Of a DNA stretch of 64,000 nucleotides, positions 17,563 to 27,799 are shown piece by piece. How positions within the stretch are numbered: position 1 is the first letter of the stretch; each line of letters begins with the position of its first letter. The stretch spans positions 69,053 through 133,052 of the forward strand of contig DASVCV010000001.1 of NCBI GenBank assembly GCA_036381415.1, given 5' to 3'. Position numbers and translations under genes: made by a program. This stretch comes from Patescibacteria group bacterium. GTDB lineage: Bacteria; Patescibacteriota; Microgenomatia; UBA8517. The notes below the pieces were generated by a model that had not been told where the DNA came from, ran no database searches, and saw only the letters and a list, made by a program, of their open reading frames with translations.

Positions 17563-18249
17563 ATGAGACAAAAAGGTTTCTCAGCAATTATTGTAGTGAT
17601 TGCAGCTCTAGCAATTGCACTCATTGCAGGTGGGGTTGTCTATTTTGGATCAAAAGGCGGATATAATGCAGTACCAGCCACTCAACAGACCTCTAGTCCA
17701 ACTCCCGTGACTTTACAAACTCCAACACCAACTCCTTCTACAACTAGCGAGATTCAGGGTGGAAAACTGTACACTTCCCAAGCTCTAGGAGCTTCTTTTT
17801 CATACCCTACCACTGCTGGTGTAAAGGAAGTAGGAAATAAGATTTATGTGTATATGACAGATACTGCAACTGGAGCTGAAGGAGGCCAATATATTGAAAT
17901 GTTTGAGAAACCAAAAGACCAGTCAATTGATGATGCAATTAAAGAAAAATTCTTAGCAGGGAAACCTGACTTTTGTACAGTAAGGGTTTCAACTCAAGAT
18001 AATTCATTTACTAATTATCAAAAAAGAGAAATTGCATACCCAACGGATGATAACTCTGGTGAGCCTTGGTTTGCCAAGCAAGAACAGTGTGGTCCATACT
18101 CCATTTCAAATGGGATTGCCTATTTTATATATGATCCAGCACATCCTACCCAATATGCATACTTAAGTATTGGACAGTATGGAATTACTTTTGACAACAA
18201 CTCAAATCCTCCACAGACTTGGCAAAGCACAATTAAGTTTTTGAAGTAA
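17563..18249 (+). CDS. membrane-anchored/secreted hypothetical protein with PT-rich linker
   Basis: N-terminal hydrophobic anchor (KGFSAIIVVIAALAIALIAGG) followed by a TPTPTP linker. The start was chosen at MRQKG, just before the anchor. Confidence 0.4.
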   Translation: MRQKGFSAIIVVIAALAIALIAGGVVYFGSKGGYNAVPATQQTSSPTPVTLQTPTPTPSTTSEIQGGKLYTSQALGASFSYPTTAGVKEVGNKIYVYMTDTATGAEGGQYIEMFEKPKDQSIDDAIKEKFLAGKPDFCTVRVSTQDNSFTNYQKREIAYPTDDNSGEPWFAKQEQCGPYSISNGIAYFIYDPAHPTQYAYLSIGQYGITFDNNSNPPQTWQSTIKFLK

Positions 18250-18276
18250 ACCACTAGAAGATCTCATAAGTAAAAT

Positions 18277-19518
18277 TCAGTCTTTCCACTTGCCTATTTC
18301 GGTTTGGGGAAGCTTTAACTTTTTGGGAGTTACTATTAGGAGAAAGATTGAGACAATAGCGGTGAGTGCTCCCATATAGACAAAGGTCATTCTCTCTCCT
18401 GAGTTTTTTGTTAAGAGGCCTGCAATTGGTGGCCAAATAATGTATGAGACATTAACAATTGAACTGGTAAAACCAATCATGTGCTTTTTTTCTTTTCCAA
18501 GTCTTTCCATAATGTCAGTAAAGACTCCATCTAGTATGGGGTAGCTAATTCCAAGAGCAATTGAGGAGGCAAGAACCATGGCTAACTGCCAAAGAATATC
18601 TCCGCTTAAAATCATTAGAATCAGGAAAAATCCTGTTAAGAATAAATACTTTTGAGAGAACTTCTTTTTGCCTTTTGAAATGGCAATTTTAGCTACAACA
18701 AATCCTGTAAAAAGGGATGGGAGTTGGTAAAAGCCAAGAAAAAGTGCACCTAATGGATTTACTCTTGCCAGTTTTTCAGTAAAGACTGCTCCTGTTGTCC
18801 AGAAAGTGGAGTCTATAAACCCCATAACCAGAGTCATTATTACTATTGGCCAAACATGAACTAAAAGTGTCAGCCAGTACTTTATTTCCTGCCATGGCTT
18901 AATTTTATTAAGGTTGGGCTCTAATGGCCTATCATGCATTTTGCTCCTAAATGTAAAGAGCATAAAAGCAAGAATTAAAAGAATAAGAGTAAAAAGAGCT
19001 GTTTCTATATTTCCTCTTATTAAAAGCCAGGTTGCAAACAAAGGGCCAAGAAAGTATGCAAGGTTTTTAAAAACTCCAAGTATTCCCCAGGCACCTGAGC
19101 GGGACTCAATTGGAACTGTACTTCCTATAAACTGGTAGGTAGCAAAAATTTCAAGTTCATAGTAAAGACCCCAAATGGTCATTGAGATTAGGAAGAAAAT
19201 CATTATTGGAGTTAAAGAAGAAACTAAAAGTGAAACTGAAGTAAGAGCACTCATTATCATTCCTAAAATCATTAACTTTTTTACAGAGGCATTTTTTAAG
19301 AGATTTGGAAAAATCAGATCTGCACCTAAACCAACTACAGATTGAAAACTAATAACTAATCCCATTTTTACCGGATCATGGAGAGTGTCTAGTAAAAGAT
19401 TGGGTACCCAAAAGGAAACTACTGCATCTGCAATTCTAATAAGTAAAACTACTAAAGAAAAACCAATTACCCTAGACCAAACAGGATCCTCTCTTATTAA
19501 ATTCAGGTACCTCTTCAT
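18277..19518 (-). CDS. MFS-type transporter
   Basis: About 12 predicted TM helices across 413 aa. Confidence 0.55.
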   Translation of the reverse strand: MKRYLNLIREDPVWSRVIGFSLVVLLIRIADAVVSFWVPNLLLDTLHDPVKMGLVISFQSVVGLGADLIFPNLLKNASVKKLMILGMIMSALTSVSLLVSSLTPIMIFFLISMTIWGLYYELEIFATYQFIGSTVPIESRSGAWGILGVFKNLAYFLGPLFATWLLIRGNIETALFTLILLILAFMLFTFRSKMHDRPLEPNLNKIKPWQEIKYWLTLLVHVWPIVIMTLVMGFIDSTFWTTGAVFTEKLARVNPLGALFLGFYQLPSLFTGFVVAKIAISKGKKKFSQKYLFLTGFFLILMILSGDILWQLAMVLASSIALGISYPILDGVFTDIMERLGKEKKHMIGFTSSIVNVSYIIWPPIAGLLTKNSGERMTFVYMGALTAIVSIFLLIVTPKKLKLPQTEIGKWKD

Positions 19519-19586
19519 TTATCTAAGATTAACACTAAACAAAGATGTGGTAAACGATTTGGAAATTAAGTGGTAAAATAGCAAGA

Positions 19587-20648
19587 ATGGCTGAGTCAGA
19601 AAGAGGCCTGGGGAGAAGAACTTTTATAAAGCAGTGTGTTTATGCAGGAGCTGCAACTTTACTAGGAGCAGGGACCAAAGCCATAGATATAGAGAACCGT
19701 CAGCCATACACCATTCCTGAAGAAATTCTACTAGAAAGAATAAGTAAACGTCCTGACAAAAACTTTTTACTTGGAATCTATCCTAACTCCCTTCCAGAAC
19801 TTCAAACATTTAAAAAATATATTGGGGGAGATTTTATTGCAGGAGCTTTTGCCAATGAAAGAACTTTTAGAAATGAAAAAAAAGCAAAAGAGTTTGTTGA
19901 TTTAGTTAACTCATATCATAAAGAAGGTGGAATACCTCTTATAGCTATTGGTTTGGCTGAGTCTTTTAATGATCTTCATCCTTTTGATATAAGAAATGAA
20001 GAGCTAATGACTATTTTTGCAGAAGAAACAGGAAACTTTTTAAACCAGTTCCCATATGAAGTTTGGGTAAGGCCATTTTTTGAGCCGGAATTTGAATCCT
20101 TTAGCTACGGCATTAATCATGGCCTTCCACTAGAAGACCACCAGGAAGGATTTAAAAGATCCTTTGCAATAATGTCGAGAGTTATTAAGGCAAAAAGAAC
20201 AGCTAAAACTCAAATTCATTTTTCTCCCTGGGTAGATACATATCCTTACCACAGGTTTCCTATTGATGGATATTATCCTGGAAATGAGACATTAGATGGA
20301 GCAGGAGGAGATGGATATGACTTTTATCCTGGAAGATTTGAACCTTTAAACAGCCATTTTTGGGAGGGGAAAATTTCTCCTGAGGAGACTTTTGGTGATT
20401 TTTTTGGAAAATTATTAAAAAAGACAAATGGACAGAAACCTTTATATGTTTATGAGTCAGGATCTGCAACTGATAATTCAGGATGGCTAAAGCATGCAGT
20501 CTTTTATGCAATGTCTATTCCACAGGTGCATGGATTTGTTCACTTTGGAGAAGATAAAAGAAAATCTAAAGATAAAATAAACTGGACCCCAAGCCTAGCT
20601 ACTATAGAAATGTATGGGAGTGTACAAAAACTTATTATTAATTCCTAA
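19587..20648 (+). CDS. Tat-signal secreted protein, possibly glycoside-hydrolase-like
   Basis: Twin-arginine motif RRTFIK followed by a hydrophobic stretch (AGAATLLGAG). FEPEFESF and WV(R)PFFEPE motifs are reminiscent of TIM-barrel glycoside hydrolases, but this is weak. Confidence 0.4.
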   Translation: MAESERGLGRRTFIKQCVYAGAATLLGAGTKAIDIENRQPYTIPEEILLERISKRPDKNFLLGIYPNSLPELQTFKKYIGGDFIAGAFANERTFRNEKKAKEFVDLVNSYHKEGGIPLIAIGLAESFNDLHPFDIRNEELMTIFAEETGNFLNQFPYEVWVRPFFEPEFESFSYGINHGLPLEDHQEGFKRSFAIMSRVIKAKRTAKTQIHFSPWVDTYPYHRFPIDGYYPGNETLDGAGGDGYDFYPGRFEPLNSHFWEGKISPEETFGDFFGKLLKKTNGQKPLYVYESGSATDNSGWLKHAVFYAMSIPQVHGFVHFGEDKRKSKDKINWTPSLATIEMYGSVQKLIINS

Positions 20649-20664
20649 ATTGTTTATCAAATAC

Positions 20665-21300
20665 TCATTTGTAATTTAAGAGTAAAAGAACTTGATCATC
20701 AGTTATGGCAGAAAAATCATGGTAGAACTCCCCTATATTTTTAAAAGACTTGGGAGATGCAATACAAACAACTTCATCAGCTTCTTTTTCAATTTTAATC
20801 TTGGCATCAAGTGCACATACTGGACAGGCAAAGATGATTAGGTCAGGATTTAATTTCTTTACAGAGAGAATGGCTGCGAGAGAAGTTACACCACGGGCCA
20901 CTCCATCATCAACCACAATTGCTATTTTTCCTTTAAGATATGGAAGGTCTTTTCCTTTTCTATAAAGATCTACTCTTCTTTCCAATTCTTTTTTTTCTTC
21001 ATTTATTTCTTTACCTACTTCTTCTTCACTAATTCCCAATTCTTTAATTAGTCTGGTGTCTAAAATCACAATTCCTTTTTCTGAAATTGCACCAATCCCT
21101 AGTTCATGATTTGCTGGATCTCCTACTTTTCTTGCTACAACTACTTCCCAGGGAATATTAAGTTCTTTTTGAACAGGAAGGGCAACGGCAACTCCACCTC
21201 TTGGGATTGCAATTAAAATTGCATCTTTATCTTTATAGTCTTTAAGAAGATAAGAAAGTTGCTTACCCGCATCAAACCTGTCTTTAAAAATTTCAGCCAT
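20665..21300 (-). CDS. phosphoribosyltransferase-domain protein
   Basis: Type I PRTase PRPP-binding motif IAIVVDDGVARGVT. Confidence 0.6.
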   Translation of the reverse strand: MAEIFKDRFDAGKQLSYLLKDYKDKDAILIAIPRGGVAVALPVQKELNIPWEVVVARKVGDPANHELGIGAISEKGIVILDTRLIKELGISEEEVGKEINEEKKELERRVDLYRKGKDLPYLKGKIAIVVDDGVARGVTSLAAILSVKKLNPDLIIFACPVCALDAKIKIEKEADEVVCIASPKSFKNIGEFYHDFSAITDDQVLLLLNYK

Positions 21301-21322
21301 TAAAAGATTTTAGCAGGTTTTT

Positions 21323-21796
21323 CTATCTACTCTTAATTTTATTAATCAATCTTTTAACAACTATCACTTTTTCTGTGTCTTCCATGCTTGCCTGTCTTAT
21401 GGATGAATCTATTGTTTTATCCAGCAGTTCTACTATATGCTCTTCAACTCCATCTTTTAACCTTTTGGCATTTATGGTTGTTTCAACCAATGGTTCTATT
21501 ACTGATTTTAAAATATCTTCATCTCTTCTTTTATCTTTTACCTGCAATATGAAGGCATCCTGAAGATCTCCAATTTCTAAATCTCCGCCTATCAACATTT
21601 TAGGTGCAACATTGTAAATTTTTTTAAGATAGGTGGTAACAGCCTGATGGGTTTGTTCTTGGTTCTTGTTTCCTAAAATATCTTCTCTTGAAGCTATCTC
21701 AATAGCTCCATCAATCATTCTTATTACAAAGCCAACTCTGCTTGCTCTTCCTACTCTATTTCCAAATTCTTTAAACATTGTATCAAAATATATCAC
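21323..21796 (-). CDS. hypothetical protein
   Basis: 157-aa ORF with no recognisable motif. Confidence 0.3.
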   Translation of the reverse strand: MIYFDTMFKEFGNRVGRASRVGFVIRMIDGAIEIASREDILGNKNQEQTHQAVTTYLKKIYNVAPKMLIGGDLEIGDLQDAFILQVKDKRRDEDILKSVIEPLVETTINAKRLKDGVEEHIVELLDKTIDSSIRQASMEDTEKVIVVKRLINKIKSR

Positions 21797-21837
21797 CTTT
21801 TGATTCTTAGTTAAAGTTCAGGTAGAATGGCTTTTGA

Positions 21838-23022
21838 ATGAATAAAAAGCTTATTTTGGCTTTTGTCTTAGTACCGCTTGCTTTTGTGACTTTAGTTTTA
21901 GTCATAAGCTACAAAAATCGTACTTCACAAAAAAGTGCCGTACTAGCTAACCAAACTGCAGCTAGCACCCCTGGAAATCCTAAGCTAGAAATATATGACT
22001 ACAATGTTTTTCTTCAATACCCTACCAGTAATGAGTGGATTGCAGGGAAAGACAAAGAAGAAGTACTTCCTGGAACAAAAATTAAAACTGATAATAATGG
22101 AGTGGCTCAGCTAATTTATCCAAATGGGACAGTAACCAGACTTGGGAATGACACCCAGATTACTTTGTCTACCTATGAAGCATCTCCACAAAAAGTTTCT
22201 GTGTTTGTGGAAGCTGGAACAATCTGGTCAAGAATTACAAAATTATTAGGTGGAGAGTCATATGAATCTGAATCTAAAAACTTGGTTGCTACTGTAAGAG
22301 GAACTGTCTATGAACATACTGTACTTGCCACAGGTGAAGATAAAGTATCAGTAGACAGTCATGTAGTTCATGTTAACTGTTTAAAAACTAAGGTTGAAAC
22401 TGATGTAACTGAGGATCAACAGACTCAAACTTCCTGCGCAACTGTCCCTGTTGCCGTTGTTACTCCTATTAAAGAAAAACAGACCAAATGGGTAACATTT
22501 AATAAAGAGGAAGACAAAAAATTAAGGACAAGATTTAAAAATGCAAAGTATGATGAGGATGAGGAAAAAGACAAAGAAACTCCCACTCCTACACCAACTG
22601 CAACTTCCTCTACTTTAGGAGTATCAACTACTAAACCAACAACTACCCCAACCCCTACATCTACTCCCACTGTGACACCAACACCCACTCCTACACCTCT
22701 TCCTTTAAGTGTTACAGGGGTAAGCATAGTATGTGTTCCTAGACAGACCAGGTATTCATCATCTGTCTGTCAGGATGGATCAACTCAGATTGAATTAAAA
22801 GGAACTGGTTTTACTGATGGAATTAAGGTGTTTGCAATACCAACCCAATATACTGCAAGCCCTACTCCAATTGCCTCTGATACAAGTGGAGATTGGCCTT
22901 CTATTAAAAGCAGCAGCGACATGATTGCCCGTTTTACAACTGCCCTACAAGGCACTTACTATGTTAGGATTACTTTAAACAACCAGATTATAGATACCAA
23001 TGCATCTTTTACCATCTATTGA
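21838..23022 (+). CDS. secreted FecR-domain-like protein with PT-rich linker
   Basis: N-terminal TM/signal segment, a FecR-like beta region (NGTVTRLGNDTQITL...RGTVYEH), and a long TPTPT linker (22570..22720). Confidence 0.45.
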   Translation: MNKKLILAFVLVPLAFVTLVLVISYKNRTSQKSAVLANQTAASTPGNPKLEIYDYNVFLQYPTSNEWIAGKDKEEVLPGTKIKTDNNGVAQLIYPNGTVTRLGNDTQITLSTYEASPQKVSVFVEAGTIWSRITKLLGGESYESESKNLVATVRGTVYEHTVLATGEDKVSVDSHVVHVNCLKTKVETDVTEDQQTQTSCATVPVAVVTPIKEKQTKWVTFNKEEDKKLRTRFKNAKYDEDEEKDKETPTPTPTATSSTLGVSTTKPTTTPTPTSTPTVTPTPTPTPLPLSVTGVSIVCVPRQTRYSSSVCQDGSTQIELKGTGFTDGIKVFAIPTQYTASPTPIASDTSGDWPSIKSSSDMIARFTTALQGTYYVRITLNNQIIDTNASFTIY

Positions 23023-24985
23023 CACTAAAGCAGTCTCCCGAAAAGTAGTAAGAGGATTTTTAATAGGTCTTGGTATTTTTGTGCTTCTTAATACTGCCTA
23101 CTCACTTGGTCTTTTTTCATCCTGGCAGGCAAGATTGTCTGATTCTTTGTTTGTTGCAAAGCAATCTAATCCAAATATTGTAATTATTGCAATTGATGAT
23201 AAATCAATTGCAAAGATTGGAAAGTTTCCTTGGAACAGAAGTGTATATGCTGACCTTTTAAACAAAATGTCAGAGGGAAATACAAAGCCAGCTAGTATTG
23301 GACTAGATGTTTCCTTTTTAGAAAAAGGAAGTGAGAGTGAGGATAGCGCACTTGCAAGTAGTATTCATAAACTAGGAAATGTCACTATTTCAGCTGAAGT
23401 AAATCCTGATTCAGCTGTTCTTACACCTGTCGAAACACTAAGCAAGGAAGCAAATGTGGGAATTGCAAATACCAGTGCTGATAGTTTTGGAGTAACTAGG
23501 TTTGCCAAACTTCAACTGGTTTCAACTCAGAACAAACACTATGATGGGTTTGCTTATGCAGTAGCTAGAACATACTTAGGAAATAAATCCCTTCCTACTA
23601 CTTATTTAGACAATCTTCCCCTTTCTACACAAAGTGTAAGAATAAACTATATTGGAGGGCCTGGGTCATATATTACTTATTCTTTTAGTGATGTTTTAGA
23701 TGGCGAGGTTAATCCAAGGGTCTTTAGAGATAAAATAGTTTTAATTGGAGCAACTGCACCTGACTTACATGATAATCAGCTTACTCCTACATCTGGGTCT
23801 GATTTTATGAGCGGAGTTGAGATTCAGGCAAATACTATACAAACACTACTAGATCAAAGGTTTTTGGTTGAGGAATCAAAATTAGCTACAATTTTTACAA
23901 TATTTATTATTTCAGCTTTAGCATCTTCACTTTTTGTTCTCCTTCCTTTAATACCACTTACTTTTGCTTTTGTAGCTCTTGGTGGAGGGTTTATAGCATA
24001 TGTTATTTACTCATTTGACCATGGAGTGATTAGAAATATAATCTATCCTTCTCTTGCTATATTTCTAATTGGAATTACAAATATAGTTTATAAATATTTT
24101 TCAGAGATTAGAAAAAAGCAGTTTGTCAGAAAAGCATTTTCATACTATTTGTCTGAATCGGTAATGAGTGAGGTTTTATCTAATCCATCTAAATTAAAGT
24201 TAGGTGGAGAAAGAAGACCACTTACTGTTCTTTTTTCAGATGTAGCAGGCTTTACAACAATATCTGAAAAAATTCCTCCTGAGACACTTCTTGCACTTTT
24301 AAATCACTATTTAACTGTCATGACAAACATAATTTTTAAGTATAGAGGAGTTTTGGACAAATACATGGGAGATGGTGTGATGGCATTCTGGGGAGCACCT
24401 ATAAAAGAGGCTGATCATGCACTTCTTGCCTGTATGGCAGCTTTAGAAATGTATGACAAAGTTGGAGAAATTAGAAGTAATTGGGTAAAAAAAGGAGTTA
24501 GTTTTGATATAAGGATTGGAGTTAACAGCGGAGATATGATTGTAGGAAACATGGGCTCACATCAAAGATTTAACTATTCACTGGTTGGAGATGGAGTGAA
24601 TTTAGGAGCAAGGTTAGAAAGCATAAACAAGGAGTATGGAACACATATTATCATTAGCGAGAGCACATATAACCTTGTCAAAGAGAAAGTTATAGCCAGA
24701 AAGCTTGATATTGTAGCTGTTAAAGGCAAGGAAAAAGGAATTGCAATATATGAGCTTATTGGGGTAAAAACAGGTACATTTGATGAGACATTTTTGAAAG
24801 AATTTGAAGAAGCTAGAAAAGAATATGAAGATGGAAAATTCCTAGAAGCACTTGGTAAATTTAAAATATTGAGTAAGAAATACCCTAGTGATAGCCCAAC
24901 TGGTATATACTTAGCTCGACTACGAATATTATCCAAAGCTCGACCAAGGAATTGGACTGGAGTATATCACTCACAAACTAAATAG
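23000..24985 (+). CDS. CHASE2 sensor-domain class III adenylate/guanylate cyclase
   Basis: Periplasmic CHASE2-like region, then TM helices, then a cyclase catalytic core (LTVLFSDVAGFTT, RIGVNSGDMIVGNMGS, VGDGVNLGARLES). Confidence 0.75.
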   Translation: MHLLPSIDTKAVSRKVVRGFLIGLGIFVLLNTAYSLGLFSSWQARLSDSLFVAKQSNPNIVIIAIDDKSIAKIGKFPWNRSVYADLLNKMSEGNTKPASIGLDVSFLEKGSESEDSALASSIHKLGNVTISAEVNPDSAVLTPVETLSKEANVGIANTSADSFGVTRFAKLQLVSTQNKHYDGFAYAVARTYLGNKSLPTTYLDNLPLSTQSVRINYIGGPGSYITYSFSDVLDGEVNPRVFRDKIVLIGATAPDLHDNQLTPTSGSDFMSGVEIQANTIQTLLDQRFLVEESKLATIFTIFIISALASSLFVLLPLIPLTFAFVALGGGFIAYVIYSFDHGVIRNIIYPSLAIFLIGITNIVYKYFSEIRKKQFVRKAFSYYLSESVMSEVLSNPSKLKLGGERRPLTVLFSDVAGFTTISEKIPPETLLALLNHYLTVMTNIIFKYRGVLDKYMGDGVMAFWGAPIKEADHALLACMAALEMYDKVGEIRSNWVKKGVSFDIRIGVNSGDMIVGNMGSHQRFNYSLVGDGVNLGARLESINKEYGTHIIISESTYNLVKEKVIARKLDIVAVKGKEKGIAIYELIGVKTGTFDETFLKEFEEARKEYEDGKFLEALGKFKILSKKYPSDSPTGIYLARLRILSKARPRNWTGVYHSQTK

Positions 24986-25231
24986 TTAGGTTTATTTTAT
25001 TTATGAGATCAAAGGAACACTATACAAATGCTAAAAGACAAGAAAGGTGCTATTCCTGCAGCGGCATTTACGACTGTCCTCTTTACCTTATTAAAAACGA
25101 TGGGTCTTACCTATCGAGTGCTATTAAAGTGACCCAGAGGCAGTGTGAAAGCTACAACGCAGTTCCTGGCAAAGGTGAACTGGAATATATTATTAAGGGA
25201 GCATTAAAGTATCCAAACATACAATAGCTAT

Positions 25232-26719
25232 TTAAGGCTCAAGAATTGTGTCATATTTACTAACTGGCTTTGGAGCATACCGTTTAGCAACTTTTCCACA
25301 ACCTGTACATTTTTCTTCTTGCACAACTTTCCTAACCATTCCAGTTCCCTTTCCACCTATTAGCTTATTGTAGTTTGAAACTGCTCCTCCACAATGAGCA
25401 CACTCCTCACCTGTTTCTCCAAAAAAGCCAACAATAAAAGTGGAGCCTGGCCTAATGTTTTCCAGTTCTTTTGCCACCTCTTCAAATTCATTTTGCTCTT
25501 CTGGGGTAACTTCAGGACGGGCATCAAAATCAATAGCTTTTTGTTGTAGACCATCTGGAGGAATCTTTTTAGAAGGCTTAGGAGAATCTATCACATCACT
25601 GCCAGTTTTTAAGTATTGGGTAAGTTGGGGTTTGAAAACTCTTATTGCTTTTGCAAGCCAGGCTATTTGTTCATCTGCTTCTTTTCTATTTTCAATCTCA
25701 AATTTTTCCTGGGTAACAACTCCTGTCCTTTTATCAAACCAGTCATAATACAAATCAACAAAACCTTTAACCTGAAAATAGTGGTTTAGATCATATAAAA
25801 GATAGCAGCCATTTTTTCTTTTCATAAATCCTGTTTTTAAATATTTGGTTGCAAATGCTTCTATAAATTGTGTCATGACAAGAGCCTGCCAGTTGTGGAC
25901 TAACAAATCTTGCGGAGTACTTGGCATTTTGCCGGTTTTTAGATCGGTGGAAGCAACTCTTATTGCTCCATTTACTTCATATACTTGTATGGAATCAAAC
26001 CTTCCTGAAAATGTGACACCACATTTGAGGTTTTCTGCTCCTAAGGCTTCATAGTATTCATAGTAGTCATTAGGGCCAAAGCCTTCTTCTTTATAATTCT
26101 TTGCTATATAGTGGCTAACTAGCTTTCTACCTAGATCTAGAGTAGAAGGAGCAGTTCTTAATCTTTGTTCATACCTCCAGTCTTTAAGATCTCCAATTTC
26201 AATTAAATCAGGATCATTGTAAAAGCTTTCCCAAGCACTAAGTGCAACTGACTGGGCTTTTTCTAGAGAGGCTCCAAGAGGAATTTGATGATTTAAAAGA
26301 GCTCTCTGGTAAGGAACATTTCTTCTATCACTACTTGAAGGAAGTATTTTTTTGACATTATCAGGCTTAATTCTTTGTCCTACAAGGCCTGCTAGGACAC
26401 GGGCTTCATGGAGAGCAGTCCCTTGGACTGAAGCAGGAGAAATTCCTAATTCATATGCAGGGGGTACTTCAATATCACACCCCATTTTGTTGTAAAGGTA
26501 AATAATTATTTTTTCAAGATCGCTTATGCTTACTCTTTTGCCTGCTTCATCTTTTCTTAATTTTTGGTAAGTTGCATATTCTGGGGTGTGTTCAAGCCAG
26601 TAGTTAAGCTGGTACAGGGAAAATTTAAGATTGTCTTCAGGCTTAATAGGTTCTGGATTTTTTAGGGGCAAGGGGGCTATGTTTGGATTTGAAAAATATT
26701 GTCCTAGTTCTAATGACAT
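25232..26719 (-). CDS. RecB/Cas4-family PD-(D/E)xK nuclease-like protein with C-terminal CxxC..CxxC cluster
   Basis: GRFDSIQVYEVNGAIRVASTDLKTGK resembles the RecB-family motif II/III (hhhD ... hhDYKTG). The C-terminus carries CAHCGG..CTGCGK. Confidence 0.35.
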   Translation of the reverse strand: MSLELGQYFSNPNIAPLPLKNPEPIKPEDNLKFSLYQLNYWLEHTPEYATYQKLRKDEAGKRVSISDLEKIIIYLYNKMGCDIEVPPAYELGISPASVQGTALHEARVLAGLVGQRIKPDNVKKILPSSSDRRNVPYQRALLNHQIPLGASLEKAQSVALSAWESFYNDPDLIEIGDLKDWRYEQRLRTAPSTLDLGRKLVSHYIAKNYKEEGFGPNDYYEYYEALGAENLKCGVTFSGRFDSIQVYEVNGAIRVASTDLKTGKMPSTPQDLLVHNWQALVMTQFIEAFATKYLKTGFMKRKNGCYLLYDLNHYFQVKGFVDLYYDWFDKRTGVVTQEKFEIENRKEADEQIAWLAKAIRVFKPQLTQYLKTGSDVIDSPKPSKKIPPDGLQQKAIDFDARPEVTPEEQNEFEEVAKELENIRPGSTFIVGFFGETGEECAHCGGAVSNYNKLIGGKGTGMVRKVVQEEKCTGCGKVAKRYAPKPVSKYDTILEP

Positions 26720-26875
26720 CCTTTATTGATTGGGATGACATATCAGCACTAAAGTACTGATATAAAGCCATTAAACTTGCGGCCCTTATCATCCTATTAT
26801 TAAATGGATGAGCATGAAAATAGTCTCTTTTATATCAGACTATAGGCAAAAGGGGTCAATTTAAAGATGAGTTTA

Positions 26876-27139
26876 TTAATAAACTTGATTGTGGGTACCA
26901 ATATCGACTAGATATAACTCATCTTCAATTAATTGATATAAAACTCTTATATCTCCTGTTATTGAAAAGGAGTGAAGGTGGCTTTTAGACCCCTGAAGGC
27001 GGTGATTTTTTAAAATTGGATCATTGGGGTTTTGTGTAAACAAGGCAAATCTTTCTTTAAACCTTGCATCTAAACCTCTGTTTGGTTTAATTCTTTTCTT
27101 GTAGCTTTTCAAAAAATTCTTAGTGTAGTTAATCCTCAT
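26876..27139 (-). CDS. type II toxin, RelE/YafQ family
   Basis: 87-aa protein with the YafQ-like C-terminus HRLQG...ITGDIRVLY...LYLVDIGTHNQVY. Confidence 0.7.
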   Translation of the reverse strand: MRINYTKNFLKSYKKRIKPNRGLDARFKERFALFTQNPNDPILKNHRLQGSKSHLHSFSITGDIRVLYQLIEDELYLVDIGTHNQVY

Positions 27140-27413
27140 TCAAATGCTTCATTAAATCATCTATGCTTTCTGCTCTATATACATTCTTCCCTTTGTCTAT
27201 CTCATCCAATATTTTATTATATCTTTTAACAGCTTTTGGAGACAAATGAATAACAGGCTCTCCAACATTAAAAGATATTTCTCTTTTGGCAAACTTAGTC
27301 AGGATTACTCTTACTGCTTCCTGGAGAGAAGAAAAACCATGTTCTTTGGCTGCTTCCAAGGCAGATTTTTTTAAATCAGTTGAAATTGGAACCTGTAGAT
27401 TAGTCATGCTCAT
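27129..27413 (-). CDS. type II antitoxin (DinJ/RelB-like)
   Basis: 94-aa ORF that overlaps the toxin start by 11 nt and lies immediately upstream of it; the position is typical of a TA pair. Confidence 0.5.
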   Translation of the reverse strand: MSMTNLQVPISTDLKKSALEAAKEHGFSSLQEAVRVILTKFAKREISFNVGEPVIHLSPKAVKRYNKILDEIDKGKNVYRAESIDDLMKHLNED

Positions 27414-27424
27414 ATGTTATGATT

Positions 27425-27444
27425 ATAACAGTTTGATAACAGTT
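27425..27444 (-). promoter_or_regulatory. tandem direct repeat ATAACAGTT-tg-ATAACAGTT, putative TA operator
   Basis: Two 9-nt repeats 11 nt apart, lying 12-30 nt upstream of the antitoxin start codon. Confidence 0.4.
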
Positions 27445-27553
27445 GTCAATCCCCTTCTTTTTGGAGATTATTTACACATCTGTTACAATACCAGGTAGAG
27501 GTGATTTTTGATGAATTATTTCACTGATCAAAAAACAAGGAGGTGTTATTTTA

Positions 27554-27751
27554 ATGGTTGTGGTCAAAAAACAAAAAGGCGAATCAGACGATCGATTGAT
27601 TGCCAGGTTTCGTAAAAAAGTAATTGATTCTGGTATCCTCATGGATTACCGTGACCGAGAACGCTACAAGAAAAAGGCAGAAAGAAGAAAAGAACAAAAA
27701 TACAGAATTGCACATATTAGGGAGCTTGAAAAGAAAAGAGCTAGCCAGTAA
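27554..27751 (+). CDS. rpsU: 30S ribosomal protein S21
   Basis: The basic 65-aa protein (LIARFRKKVIDSGILMDYRDRERYKKKAERRKEQK) matches the S21 pattern. A strong SD (AAGGAGGTG) sits 8 nt upstream. Confidence 0.75.
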   Translation: MVVVKKQKGESDDRLIARFRKKVIDSGILMDYRDRERYKKKAERRKEQKYRIAHIRELEKKRASQ

Positions 27752-27799
27752 TACAGTTCATGTAATATAAATTAATCTTTCCTTCACACTTTTGGAGTG

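Noticed and set aside
22425-22727. Minus-strand ORF with a poly-GV translation
   Set aside because: It is an antisense reading of the PT-linker repeat of the gene at 21838..23022 and is a low-complexity artefact.
25003-25227. 74-aa ORF between the cyclase and the nuclease-like gene
   Set aside because: It has no RBS and no recognisable motif. It may be real, but it is unsupported.
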